Virus record (IMG/VR): IMGVR_UViG_3300037141_000314
Coordinates: 3,456 to 67,455 of that record
Reading direction: 5' to 3' (one strand)
DNA: 64,000 nt
Origin: a virus
Made by a program: the position numbers and the translations under genes. Below are positions 8,710-18,091 of this stretch, piece after piece; within the stretch, counting starts at the first letter, position 1; the number at the start of each line of letters is the position of its first letter. The notes beneath the pieces are model-generated. The model saw nothing but the letters and a program-made list of their open reading frames with translations, had not been told where the DNA came from and made no database searches.

Positions 8710-8990
8710 TGTGTAGCTCATGCGGTATAAATCCCGTGGTCAGCGATTCCGGGCTGTGTATGCATTGCGTCCGTGGCGTTATCGCCAACGCCGCTCCCGC
8801 GATCGCGTTACAGGACCGCGCTCTGCTATTCCACTCGTGGGCATCCTGCCCTGGCCTCATCGTCTCGACCTTCGTCGGCCCGGAGTCGATTTCGCTTACG
8901 TGCGCTGAGTGCGGCCGAGAAGTCGGACGCCTCGAGCCCGGGCTCCTCGACGAGTTTCTCGCGCTTTTGATTCTCGCCGCGGTCTCGTAA
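8709..8990 (+). CDS. small zinc-finger-like protein
   Basis: CSSC, CMHC and CAEC motifs. Confidence 0.5.
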   Translation: MCSSCGINPVVSDSGLCMHCVRGVIANAAPAIALQDRALLFHSWASCPGLIVSTFVGPESISLTCAECGREVGRLEPGLLDEFLALLILAAVS

Positions 8991-8994
8991 ACGC

Positions 8995-9022
8995 AAAACG
9001 CCCGCCGGGTTAGGGCGGGCGC
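8995..9022. terminator. GC hairpin terminator at a convergent junction
   Basis: CGCCCGCC/GGCGGGCG stem with a TTTT tail on the minus strand. Confidence 0.6.
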
Positions 9023-9159
9023 GGGGGGTGGCGGTATCGAACCACCTTGAATTAACTGACTAAATCGACTGAATCACTCCAGTACCTGGCTTGCGGCGGG
9101 TGCTGGCTCCATTTGCTATTGTAACTCGCCCGGCGAGCGTCGAAGCGCACAGGGATTCC

Positions 9160-12057
9160 TTAATTCTGGGTGTGCGCATGGCCGGGATCGGTCACGGTAC
9201 AGGTTATGGATGTGATGATGGTAGCTGTACAGGTCACCGTTATGCCGGTCGTCGCGCTGTTGGTCGCCAGTGATTCCGTGGCGGGCGTATATCCCAATGC
9301 CGTTCGCACGGCCGCTCCGGTGAGCGCTACAGCGGGCGCGGTATTGGTGATGACGCCGGTAGTCAGGTTGATGGATATTCCCGTACCTGACGTGTAGAAA
9401 TTGCAGTTAGCCCCCGACGCTGTGACTGTGCCGCCACTGTCCGCGTAAAGGCAACGGTTTCCCGTTCCTGCAAGATTTGGAGTCTTCAGATACCCACTGA
9501 AAATTGTGTTTCCGCTGGTGTCTGTGTTCGTCTGGCAAGATCCGCCCGTCCAGATGCAAAACGGATGACCTGATTGAGTCCCGACATAGCCGCCAGTACC
9601 AGTGGTTACTCCCGTGACAGTCGTTACGGTTCCATCTGAGCAGAACGATGAAGGGCTTGACGAAGAAGCCGCCGCGCCGCAATAAGTGGCCCCAGTATGC
9701 ACAACGCCAATATCATCAGTGCCGCTGATTTGGTAAAAGTTTCCTACCGACAGTCCCCCTGTAACGGCGGCAGCATTGTTTGCGTAAGAGGGCAATGCTG
9801 AAGATCCAAGACAGGGCGCTCCGGTGCCAGCCAGATCACCCACATTATTTGCTGTAATACATTGATTTCCGCTGCCGCCAAAAAACGGGAACTTTGGTTG
9901 CCCAGAACCAAACATATGAAACCAGCTCACGCTCGTCGGGCCGTAGATCCAGTCGAAGTCAATCGAGATGATGCGCTGATTCGCATAAGTCAGGCCAGCC
10001 GGATTTGCGGCCTTGATAAATGCGCCCGTTGCGTCTGCGCCCCAGTTAAATTGGCTCGTAGTCGGCGCGGTCGGATAAGCCACCGTGTAACTGCCATCTG
10101 ATACCCCTGGCAGGTTGTCGATAGGCACCCATCCCGCTGCCGCCCCGACGCCTGCCGCTGTGGCAATCCATCCCGTTGAGGTGGCACCTGTTGCGCCGGG
10201 GAGTGCGTCTCCTATACGAGCGCCGATGACCCATGTCCCGATTGTCGGAGGTGCCGGTGCGGGGAGCCACTTTGTACCGGCCGACTGGCATTCGTTCCGA
10301 TCATGACGGATCTCGCTCGCATCGCCACCGATGAGCGTTGCGTCCTCGTAACAGGCAAACATGATATTCCCACTGTCATCGCTCATCACGTTATCAAATA
10401 CGTCGATATCCTGCGATGCCTGAGTGCCCGAACCATCAATCAGCAGACCCACGTAGGAGACGGTTGCGGCTGTGCCGATATTATGTCCTCGATTATGGGT
10501 AGCTGATCCGTGCTTGTCGTTGTCAAGGTGGAAGCCGCCGTTGAATGTGGTATCGCAGGTGTTTCCCGACAGTTCAAAGTTGTCCACACTCGTGATGTTC
10601 GGGCAGTTGTCCGCGTTGAGTACGGTTGTATTTTTGATAGAGTCGTAAGTTCCTTTCACCGGGGATGGACCGTTCGACTCAGCCGAAATGAGGATTGAGA
10701 AACCAGACACGGTGTCCAGTTTCACGTCATGGACAGAGACATGGGTGATCGGAAGTTCGATAGTTGGGCCTCCCCCGAGAGTCAGATTTGAGCCGATGAA
10801 GGTAATCGACCCCTGCACTCCGGACACGTTACTGATCTGGTTGTCTCCCACATCGACATGTGAAGCGCCCTCCATGTAGAGATTGTTCTGAACGCCGGGA
10901 AGGCCGCACGCGGTCGTACAGCCATAATCCGCTACGCCGTCGAAAGTATTACCGCTTATCTCGGCGAACGCCTGCCCGGTCTGAACAAAACTAAGATTTG
11001 AGTTAGTGAATGCGTTGCCTGTAACCGACACCCCGTCGCAAAAGAAGTTGACACCAAGTCCGATAGGTGAATGTGCGAACTGGTTTCCGTGAAAGTCAAA
11101 ACCATGCTGGTATTGCGGTGATGCGGTGCCGCCGAGAGCACAAGCTACCGAAACATCAAACCACCAGTTATGGTCAAACGAGCTATTAGCCACGGATACA
11201 TTTGAACTGTTGTTTACCTGAAGTCCGACAATCTGAGCGTGAGATATCGATATCCCGTCCGCGACGATCTTAGTGGCATTCGTGATCGAGATCGCGTCAC
11301 CTGGCGAAGTAAACCGGCTACCGTTCGTGTTCATATCCACGGAAAAATCATGAAGCTCAACAATCCCGGTTGTGGTGATGTCGATCATGTCAGACGTGGG
11401 CTGCGGGCATGAGGAATGGGGCATGATCTTAGTGCCGCCAGTTCCGTCGCCATAGATCCGTATATTCGCCGTTCCGGAGTAGCTGACGTTGCAAATCAGG
11501 TAAGGGTATGGTGAAGCGGGCAGGTATATGCCTTTCCCTGTCACCTCCGCGCTCTTGATCGCCGCCGCCATGAAGGCGCTGGCGTTGGTTGCTGATCCGA
11601 TGGTGCCGAAGTCGCGGAGACTCACCACATCGCGCATTTTGTCTTGTGCGTTCCGCGTGATTAGCGACCCGACTCCTGCCTGTATGAATGATGACCCTGA
11701 TAATGATCCGTTCGCCGTCGCGTTAACCGTGCACGACGCATGCAGCGTGTGGCCTGTTGTAGCCGCAAACTTTACGGAGAGGCCGTCAACGAAGGACTGC
11801 GCCGCGCCCGTCATTGCAATTGGCGAAGAGAATGCGCCGTCGTTCTTGGACCACTCCCAATAGTCGAGCGCCCCCACGGTGGGGAATGTGAACCCGTACT
11901 TCGCATTGACCGCAGCAGGTGCGTACGATCCCGAGATGGTCGCATCGCTGAGGCCCGCGGACATCACGCACGGCACCGGCAAAGACTGCCCGTTAAAGGT
12001 CATCGTTTGCGCGAACGCGGTGAGCGCGCAGAAGAAAAGGGCTATTAAGGTTTTCAT
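9160..12057 (-). CDS. tailspike-like right-handed beta-helix protein with N-terminal Sec signal peptide
   Basis: NAQDKMRDVVSLRDFG tailspike/pectin-lyase entry motif, IYLPA..Y, beta-helix repeats; N-terminus MKTLIALFFCALTAFA|Q; follows the tail-tip gene. Confidence 0.75.
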   Translation of the reverse strand: MKTLIALFFCALTAFAQTMTFNGQSLPVPCVMSAGLSDATISGSYAPAAVNAKYGFTFPTVGALDYWEWSKNDGAFSSPIAMTGAAQSFVDGLSVKFAATTGHTLHASCTVNATANGSLSGSSFIQAGVGSLITRNAQDKMRDVVSLRDFGTIGSATNASAFMAAAIKSAEVTGKGIYLPASPYPYLICNVSYSGTANIRIYGDGTGGTKIMPHSSCPQPTSDMIDITTTGIVELHDFSVDMNTNGSRFTSPGDAISITNATKIVADGISISHAQIVGLQVNNSSNVSVANSSFDHNWWFDVSVACALGGTASPQYQHGFDFHGNQFAHSPIGLGVNFFCDGVSVTGNAFTNSNLSFVQTGQAFAEISGNTFDGVADYGCTTACGLPGVQNNLYMEGASHVDVGDNQISNVSGVQGSITFIGSNLTLGGGPTIELPITHVSVHDVKLDTVSGFSILISAESNGPSPVKGTYDSIKNTTVLNADNCPNITSVDNFELSGNTCDTTFNGGFHLDNDKHGSATHNRGHNIGTAATVSYVGLLIDGSGTQASQDIDVFDNVMSDDSGNIMFACYEDATLIGGDASEIRHDRNECQSAGTKWLPAPAPPTIGTWVIGARIGDALPGATGATSTGWIATAAGVGAAAGWVPIDNLPGVSDGSYTVAYPTAPTTSQFNWGADATGAFIKAANPAGLTYANQRIISIDFDWIYGPTSVSWFHMFGSGQPKFPFFGGSGNQCITANNVGDLAGTGAPCLGSSALPSYANNAAAVTGGLSVGNFYQISGTDDIGVVHTGATYCGAAASSSSPSSFCSDGTVTTVTGVTTGTGGYVGTQSGHPFCIWTGGSCQTNTDTSGNTIFSGYLKTPNLAGTGNRCLYADSGGTVTASGANCNFYTSGTGISINLTTGVITNTAPAVALTGAAVRTALGYTPATESLATNSATTGITVTCTATIITSITCTVTDPGHAHTQN

Positions 12058-12071
12058 TTAAATTAGCTGGT

Positions 12072-15000
12072 TTAGATGGGTTGGTCGATCAATGCGCCCG
12101 TCGGCGTGGTCACGCCCGCCGAGCTGGTGCGGAAGTCTACGTGGCACTGAGTGTCAGCGGGTGAAGCTGCGCTGGCGACTGCAAAGGCTATCTTGTAGCT
12201 GGGGTCGAAAATAGTGGAATAGCCGCCGGTACCGCCGACAGGATCTTCCTGCGTGATGAACTGCCATGGCGTTTCGACGCCAGAAGGGGTAGTCGAGTAG
12301 TTAATCGGAGGCGCAACGTTGACATATTTGTTGCCATTGGCGTCGGTAAGGCAATTCGCGGCTGTGAGGATCAGCAGATTGACGGCCTGCGACGCATCGG
12401 GCGTCGCTGTGCCAGCGACAACGGGCACGAGGTAGGAGGAGGCGGGCGCGAACGCGCTGCTCGTAAGCGCCGGCACGAAGACCTCCTGCCACGGCGCAAA
12501 TCGCACGGGCGAGATATTGCCCTTCGCGTCCTGGGTAACTACCTGCACCAGAAACGACTGCGATCCCGCGCTCGAAAACGGAACCTGCATCACGCCGAGA
12601 ATGGCGGCTCCCGACGGCGCGATGCCGTTATTGGTAAACGCCGCGCACGGGATCGAAAGCGACGGCGCCGATTCGAGGATCGAGAAGACGCTCGTCGAGT
12701 CCGGAATCGTGGTCCATGCCTGCGTGATCGTACACGTCGTTGCTGTGTTCGATGCGATATTGCGCTTCTGGCCAGCACCGGTGCCCGCCATAATCCAGAC
12801 GACCTTGCCATACTCCGCGTTGACGACCAGGCCGCCGGGCGCGAACTGATTCACGAAGGCCGTGTCGCCAATCGTGGTGGCCGACGCAATATTCGCCACT
12901 GCACGCATCACGTAGGCGTCGCCGGGATTGCCAGACGTCGACTGCGTGACCGTCATATTGCCCGACGTGTCGTTCGCCGTGACGTTGTAACTCGCGGGCT
13001 GCGCATAACAGAGCCCTGCGAAGGTCTGTGGGCCGACGCCGCCTATGGGGATCGGCGTGGCCGAACCGTATGCGGATAGAATGCGGCCTGCCCACTGGTT
13101 GACCGTGGGTGATGATGGAAACGAGAGAGTATGGGTCGCGACGGCAGATGCGCCATCGCCCCAGATGCCCCCGTGCCGGATCGGCGTCACGAGAAGCATC
13201 ACGTTCGTGTCGACTACATCAGGGCGCCCCGGGCCGTCTGTCGGCCAGATGATTTCCGCGCCGATCGTGATGGAGGAAGCGACCGGATTATGCGCGAACG
13301 AAGGCGCCGGATCCACCAGCCACATGTTCAGCGAGTGCGGGCCAAAATAAACTTCGTAATTGACAGCGTTCGAATCCCAGACAATATTGGAAACCGTAAT
13401 GGTGGATCCGCCTGACGCCACGACCGCCTTCACATTCGCCGATGGCTGCGACTTCGCGCCCGCGGCATCGATGCCGACGAAGGAAACGAGCCACGTGCCG
13501 GCCGCGATCGCGCCGCCCGAGCCGACCGTGGCCTGCAGCGGCACGCGCGGCGCCGAGGTCAGCGCCGACGGAACGTTGACGACAGGAACGGACGCGACGG
13601 TGATCTGGCCGTTGGTCGTGTAGAGCCCGATCGTTTCGAGACCCGGGTAAAGCGCGTCGTTCGTGGGCCACGCGCTGTAGCCGGGTTTCAACGGCCAGGG
13701 CGGCCTGTTCGGCGCGGCCGATAGCGGATTCTTTTGATAGGGCGCCGGATCCTGCCCGTAGAGGTCGGTGTGCCACTGATCGAAGTGCCAGCGGAATGCA
13801 AGGTCCCAATGCTCGCCGTCAGTGTTCGGCGTGGCGGAAAGCAGGCGCGCGAGGACCATCTCGAGCGAAGCCTGCGCGTAGTTGATGCCGCAAATAAAGC
13901 CCACGCGGCTCGCGAGATGCGCGGCCTTGACCGTGGTCTTAAACGACGGCAATTCCGTGCCGCGGGCGTCGAAGCGCGAATTGCCGTAGAGCGCTTTCGC
14001 AAGCTCGACGTTCGAAACGCGCGTGCCCTGGTCGAAATTGTCGATACCCAGCACGGCGAAAGACGCGGCTATTTCCTGATTGCCTGAGGTCGCATAACCG
14101 TCCGGATCGATCGTCGTGATCGTGTCCTGCACGAACTGGTTCGCTCCGTCCTGAAACGGAAACGAAATCGTGTTCGGCGTGTCGTTCAGCGTGCGACCGC
14201 CTAGTTTAAACGTGCTCTTTTCTATCGACGCCGGCACGGTCGCGGATCCGCCGTCGAACAAGTACGCCAGATAGCCTGGCGTCGTCAGCGATGGGATTAG
14301 CGTGATGCTGGTCGCCGGCATCGATGCCACGGCTGTCGAGTAATTCGAGCCGGGGATCGGCGCGCCCTGCTGGTCGGCCAGTGTCTGCTCGATGAAGCAC
14401 TGCAGCAGCCCGTTGGCCGGATTGCGCGCCAAAATAAGGCCCGCGCAGTTGCGAATCGCGAGTACAGCCTTCGCCAAAGTTTGCCGCTGGCCCGTGACCA
14501 GAGCCAGCGAGCAGCGGAAGCGCGCGTGCGTGGCCGCGTTGTTATTGATGTCGGTATAGCCGATCTGAACCGCGCAGATTTGGGCCGCGGCGTACCAACT
14601 GGCGGCGTCGATATCGAGGACCGTGAACGGCCCCCAGCAGGCCAGCAGATCCATCAGCGCCCAAACCGGATTGGCCGCGACAGCGCCGGTCGAAGCTTCG
14701 GTGAAGCCGACATCCCTATCGTTATCGGGGATGTAGAAAATCGAGCCGCCAGCGCCCGACCCGGCGGCTATTGTGCCAATCAGCGTCACCGTTCCCGGAG
14801 GTCCGGTCGTCCAGTTGTACAGTCCATACGAGCCGTTCGGGATCAGGCTGTTGCCCCGGATGTTGATCGTGTAGGGCGGGTTGCCGGCGATATCAGCGTT
14901 CGCTATTCCGGCGGGCAGCGTGATCGTCGTGCCATTCGCCGCGCCAGTCGACACCGCAGTCGCGATCGGCATCGCGTGCAAGCATTGCGGGAACTGCACG

Positions 15001-16409
15001 AGGACTCGGACGGCCGGAATTGTTCCCGATCCTGCTAGTTCGCTCGGGATTGTGACGATGATCCAACACATTGAGCCATGCGGATCGCCCTGCCCATTGA
15101 TCACCGCCAGCTGGGTAACGATGCCCTTCCTTCCACCCGATGAAGTGCTGCCGACGGGCAAACACACCCACGTGAAACTCTGCAGCGGATCGTTATTGAA
15201 TGGCACTTCAACGCCATTGACGAGAACCTTCAGAACGGTAGCCGGGCCGTTGGGCGCCACACAAACAATGCATTCAGCAATCAGGTCGTTCGCTCCGCTA
15301 AAAGGCTCAAGCACGGTGGCGTCGACCCATTGCGTACCGTAGCCCTGGCTGTAAAACCCGTTGCCGATTGGCGAATTCGGCGCATTGAAACCGTATTGAG
15401 TGCCTGCGCCGGGATTAACATACTGATTGCCCGACCAGCCCTGGGGAGCAACCCAGGTGTCCCCAGTGAAGTGGCCGGTAGCGCGGTTGCCTGTATCGTT
15501 CGCGATATCGCCGTCCTGCCCGCATGGTTTGCCGCCAGAGCCGTACGTCGTGGTGGCCGCGTAGTTGCCGAGGCGCGCCATGCAGCCCTGCGTGCGCGTG
15601 GCGCGTCCGGATCCGCAGGAGCGCGAATAGTCGCACATCAGGTAGTAGCCCGAGGCATCCGTAAGAAATGAACCGTCCGGGTTGTCCAGATTAGGAGTCC
15701 CGACATTGCCGACGCCGCCTATACTAATGAGATCTGGCGAGTACCCACAGCCGAAAGACAGCGAGGTCGGATTGGTCAGGCCATCCAACCGCGCAACAGC
15801 CGCTGCCGCGGCAGCAACCGCCCGCGTGGCGCCCGTCGCGCCGGGGAATATATTCCCGCAGCGATTCTGCCGCGCGAAGTTCGGCACGGTCAGTCGCGTC
15901 ATCGACTGGCGCGCCTGCCCGGTGACCTTGATGATGCCGGCGCCGAAATCGACGTTCGGCTTATCGAGGATGAACGTCCAGACGTACGCGTTAGTTGAAT
16001 ACGCGCCCGTCGGCGCGTCCCAAAGCACAAACGTGACGGTCAACGTGCCGCCGCGCCAGCCGAACGCGTTGGCGTGCGTGGTCCAGATGGTAAAATCGCC
16101 GTCCGCGATCACGAGCGAGATCGAACCCGGGATGTCATAGCCCTGCGGGGACTGCGCCTGTATCTGCTCGATTGGGTTGCCCTGAAGGCGCGCTTCGTAG
16201 ACGTTGCCGTTGTACGTCTGCGTCTTGCCGCCGAGCGCGGGGGTCGTCGTCAGATATGTGACATCGCTGCCCGAATCCACCAGCAGGGTCGCGGGATTGA
16301 TCGCCGCGAGCGAGCATAGGATTAAAGGTTTGGGCGTGACGTTGAGTTGAACAAGGCCTGTTTCTTTGCCTTCTTCAATCGTGTAGGGGATTGTGATGAG
16401 GGACGGCAT
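12072..16409 (-). CDS. tail tip / host-specificity (gpJ-like) protein
   Basis: 1445 aa; NPVWALMDLL...IDAASW..AAQIC motif; position after the tape measure and distal tail genes. Confidence 0.75.
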   Translation of the reverse strand: MPSLITIPYTIEEGKETGLVQLNVTPKPLILCSLAAINPATLLVDSGSDVTYLTTTPALGGKTQTYNGNVYEARLQGNPIEQIQAQSPQGYDIPGSISLVIADGDFTIWTTHANAFGWRGGTLTVTFVLWDAPTGAYSTNAYVWTFILDKPNVDFGAGIIKVTGQARQSMTRLTVPNFARQNRCGNIFPGATGATRAVAAAAAAVARLDGLTNPTSLSFGCGYSPDLISIGGVGNVGTPNLDNPDGSFLTDASGYYLMCDYSRSCGSGRATRTQGCMARLGNYAATTTYGSGGKPCGQDGDIANDTGNRATGHFTGDTWVAPQGWSGNQYVNPGAGTQYGFNAPNSPIGNGFYSQGYGTQWVDATVLEPFSGANDLIAECIVCVAPNGPATVLKVLVNGVEVPFNNDPLQSFTWVCLPVGSTSSGGRKGIVTQLAVINGQGDPHGSMCWIIVTIPSELAGSGTIPAVRVLVQFPQCLHAMPIATAVSTGAANGTTITLPAGIANADIAGNPPYTINIRGNSLIPNGSYGLYNWTTGPPGTVTLIGTIAAGSGAGGSIFYIPDNDRDVGFTEASTGAVAANPVWALMDLLACWGPFTVLDIDAASWYAAAQICAVQIGYTDINNNAATHARFRCSLALVTGQRQTLAKAVLAIRNCAGLILARNPANGLLQCFIEQTLADQQGAPIPGSNYSTAVASMPATSITLIPSLTTPGYLAYLFDGGSATVPASIEKSTFKLGGRTLNDTPNTISFPFQDGANQFVQDTITTIDPDGYATSGNQEIAASFAVLGIDNFDQGTRVSNVELAKALYGNSRFDARGTELPSFKTTVKAAHLASRVGFICGINYAQASLEMVLARLLSATPNTDGEHWDLAFRWHFDQWHTDLYGQDPAPYQKNPLSAAPNRPPWPLKPGYSAWPTNDALYPGLETIGLYTTNGQITVASVPVVNVPSALTSAPRVPLQATVGSGGAIAAGTWLVSFVGIDAAGAKSQPSANVKAVVASGGSTITVSNIVWDSNAVNYEVYFGPHSLNMWLVDPAPSFAHNPVASSITIGAEIIWPTDGPGRPDVVDTNVMLLVTPIRHGGIWGDGASAVATHTLSFPSSPTVNQWAGRILSAYGSATPIPIGGVGPQTFAGLCYAQPASYNVTANDTSGNMTVTQSTSGNPGDAYVMRAVANIASATTIGDTAFVNQFAPGGLVVNAEYGKVVWIMAGTGAGQKRNIASNTATTCTITQAWTTIPDSTSVFSILESAPSLSIPCAAFTNNGIAPSGAAILGVMQVPFSSAGSQSFLVQVVTQDAKGNISPVRFAPWQEVFVPALTSSAFAPASSYLVPVVAGTATPDASQAVNLLILTAANCLTDANGNKYVNVAPPINYSTTPSGVETPWQFITQEDPVGGTGGYSTIFDPSYKIAFAVASAASPADTQCHVDFRTSSAGVTTPTGALIDQPI

Positions 16410-16423
16410 GCGAACGTTGATCT

Positions 16424-16597
16424 ATGAGAGAGGTGCTTGACCACAGCCAGATAAGCCTTATCTGGCGAACGATCCTGTCGGTCGGGAAAGATCCGCGCGA
16501 TCCTTCGGTGTGGGCTGAATATGAAGAAGGCTATAGGCGGATGCAGAAGGTGCTGCATTTCAGCGAGTGCCAGCCCGCGAGTTCGGTGCCGCAATGA
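16424..16597 (+). CDS. hypothetical protein (57 aa, not in ORF track), first gene of an antisense mini-operon
   Basis: MREVLDHSQISLIWRTILSVGKDPRDPSVWAEYEEGYRRMQK...; TGA overlaps the next ATG. Confidence 0.45.
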   Translation: MREVLDHSQISLIWRTILSVGKDPRDPSVWAEYEEGYRRMQKVLHFSECQPASSVPQ

Positions 16598-16890
16598 TGA
16601 ACCGCCGCGATTTTCTCGCGCTGGCGGGCGCGGCGGCGATAGCGCCCGCCGTGGCGAAGGAAATGAGCATCGTCGACTGCGTGGCGGATATGTGCTCGAA
16701 CGCCGGACTCGTCATCGACAAGGCGAGCTTCGCAAAAGCTAACGCGATTTGCCTGCAGACTGTTCGGTTTCATCCGAGAGGCTTTTCTACCGTGTGGCCT
16801 CCCATCCCGTTTGACATCGTGACAACAGCCACCGAAGCGGACGCGCTGGCAATGGGCTATTTAAACTTCGTCCTCGGAGCGCCGCAATGA
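16597..16890 (+). CDS. twin-arginine-signal small protein 1
   Basis: N-terminus MNRRDFLALAGAAAIAPAVA. Confidence 0.65.
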   Translation: MNRRDFLALAGAAAIAPAVAKEMSIVDCVADMCSNAGLVIDKASFAKANAICLQTVRFHPRGFSTVWPPIPFDIVTTATEADALAMGYLNFVLGAPQ

Positions 16891-17114
16891 ACCGCCGCGA
16901 TTTTCTCGCGCTGGCGGCGATAGCGCCCGCGCTGCCCATCAAGACGCCAAACGATGTGGTCTCGATTCTTCGCGACATGCTGCTTAACGCGGGAGATACA
17001 ATCGACGAAGCGTCTTTTGCGGCGGCATCCGAAGTATGCGATCAGGCCGTGGCCTTCCCTCCTCATGATGCGGAAGCGGAGCAGTGGGCGATGATCTGTT
17101 CGGGGTGCCGCTAG
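16887..17114 (+). CDS. twin-arginine-signal small protein 2 (paralogue)
   Basis: N-terminus MNRRDFLALAAIAPALP; first 30 nt identical to the previous gene. Confidence 0.65.
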   Translation: MNRRDFLALAAIAPALPIKTPNDVVSILRDMLLNAGDTIDEASFAAASEVCDQAVAFPPHDAEAEQWAMICSGCR

Positions 17115-18088
17115 TTCGTCGCCTCGAGCATAATCTTCAAGCTCGAATCGTTCACCCCGCGATACGTAACAACCAAATCGTCCACCGCCCAGTGCGTATT
17201 GAGATACACGCAAAAGAGCGGCGCGATGATGAGGTGCGCCGCCGCCGTCGTGCCGTTATACGCGCGCGTCGCCGTCAGTGTCGCGCCACCCCACACCGCC
17301 GTCACGTGGAACTGCTCCGCATCGATCTCGAACGCCTGGCCAACGGCCAGCGCGGGATCCGTCGCGAACGGGATCGCGGTCACGCTCGAATTGATCGCGG
17401 CCGATAATACCGATCCGGACGCTTCATCCTTAAAAAGAAAGCTATATGCGCGGCCCCAGTTGGCAATGAAGTGCGCGACCAGCGTAACGAGGTCCGCGTC
17501 GCTCACGAGCTGCATGTCGAATTCCCAGGACATCAGGCCGTCTTTGGGATAGCCGCTCAGGCCGCCGCCGAATTCCGCGAGCGTGTAAATCGGCCCCGCT
17601 TCGACCTTCTGTGCGACGGTCTGGAACCGCTTCTTCTGGACATACGGCAAGATGCCGATCGTGCCGTTGGCCAGCGTGGGGAACGCCAGGCCGGGCGTGC
17701 CGGGCGAAAGGCTCTGCGTGATCGACTGCGTGAGGCGCATCGGACCGGCGTATTGCGTCGTCTTCGATTCGGTCGCGGCCCATTCGTCCGCGTCCATGCC
17801 GAAATTAAAGAACGTAGCGAGGGAGCCGCCGAACGGCAGGCTGATTTCGAGGTTCTGCTCGAAGCGGCCCGCGGCGCCCGTGAACGCGGCCTTGACCGTG
17901 TTCTTCTGCGCCTGCGTCATCTGCGCGTACGGAATCGCTATCTTGACCAGACCGCCCGGCTGCCGGATCCAGCGCTGCTGCGCGCCGTTCTGCCACTCGC
18001 CGATGCCGGTTAGGAAGCTGTAGGTCAGCTCGAACGGGTAGTTCGCGGCGGACGCGCCATGGATGACGGGAAGGGGAGTCGATGACAT
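17111..18088 (-). CDS. distal/minor tail protein
   Basis: Lies between tape measure and tail tip; G.EQR-like GAQQRW motif. Confidence 0.6.
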   Translation of the reverse strand: MSSTPLPVIHGASAANYPFELTYSFLTGIGEWQNGAQQRWIRQPGGLVKIAIPYAQMTQAQKNTVKAAFTGAAGRFEQNLEISLPFGGSLATFFNFGMDADEWAATESKTTQYAGPMRLTQSITQSLSPGTPGLAFPTLANGTIGILPYVQKKRFQTVAQKVEAGPIYTLAEFGGGLSGYPKDGLMSWEFDMQLVSDADLVTLVAHFIANWGRAYSFLFKDEASGSVLSAAINSSVTAIPFATDPALAVGQAFEIDAEQFHVTAVWGGATLTATRAYNGTTAAAHLIIAPLFCVYLNTHWAVDDLVVTYRGVNDSSLKIMLEATN

Positions 18089-18091
18089 GGC

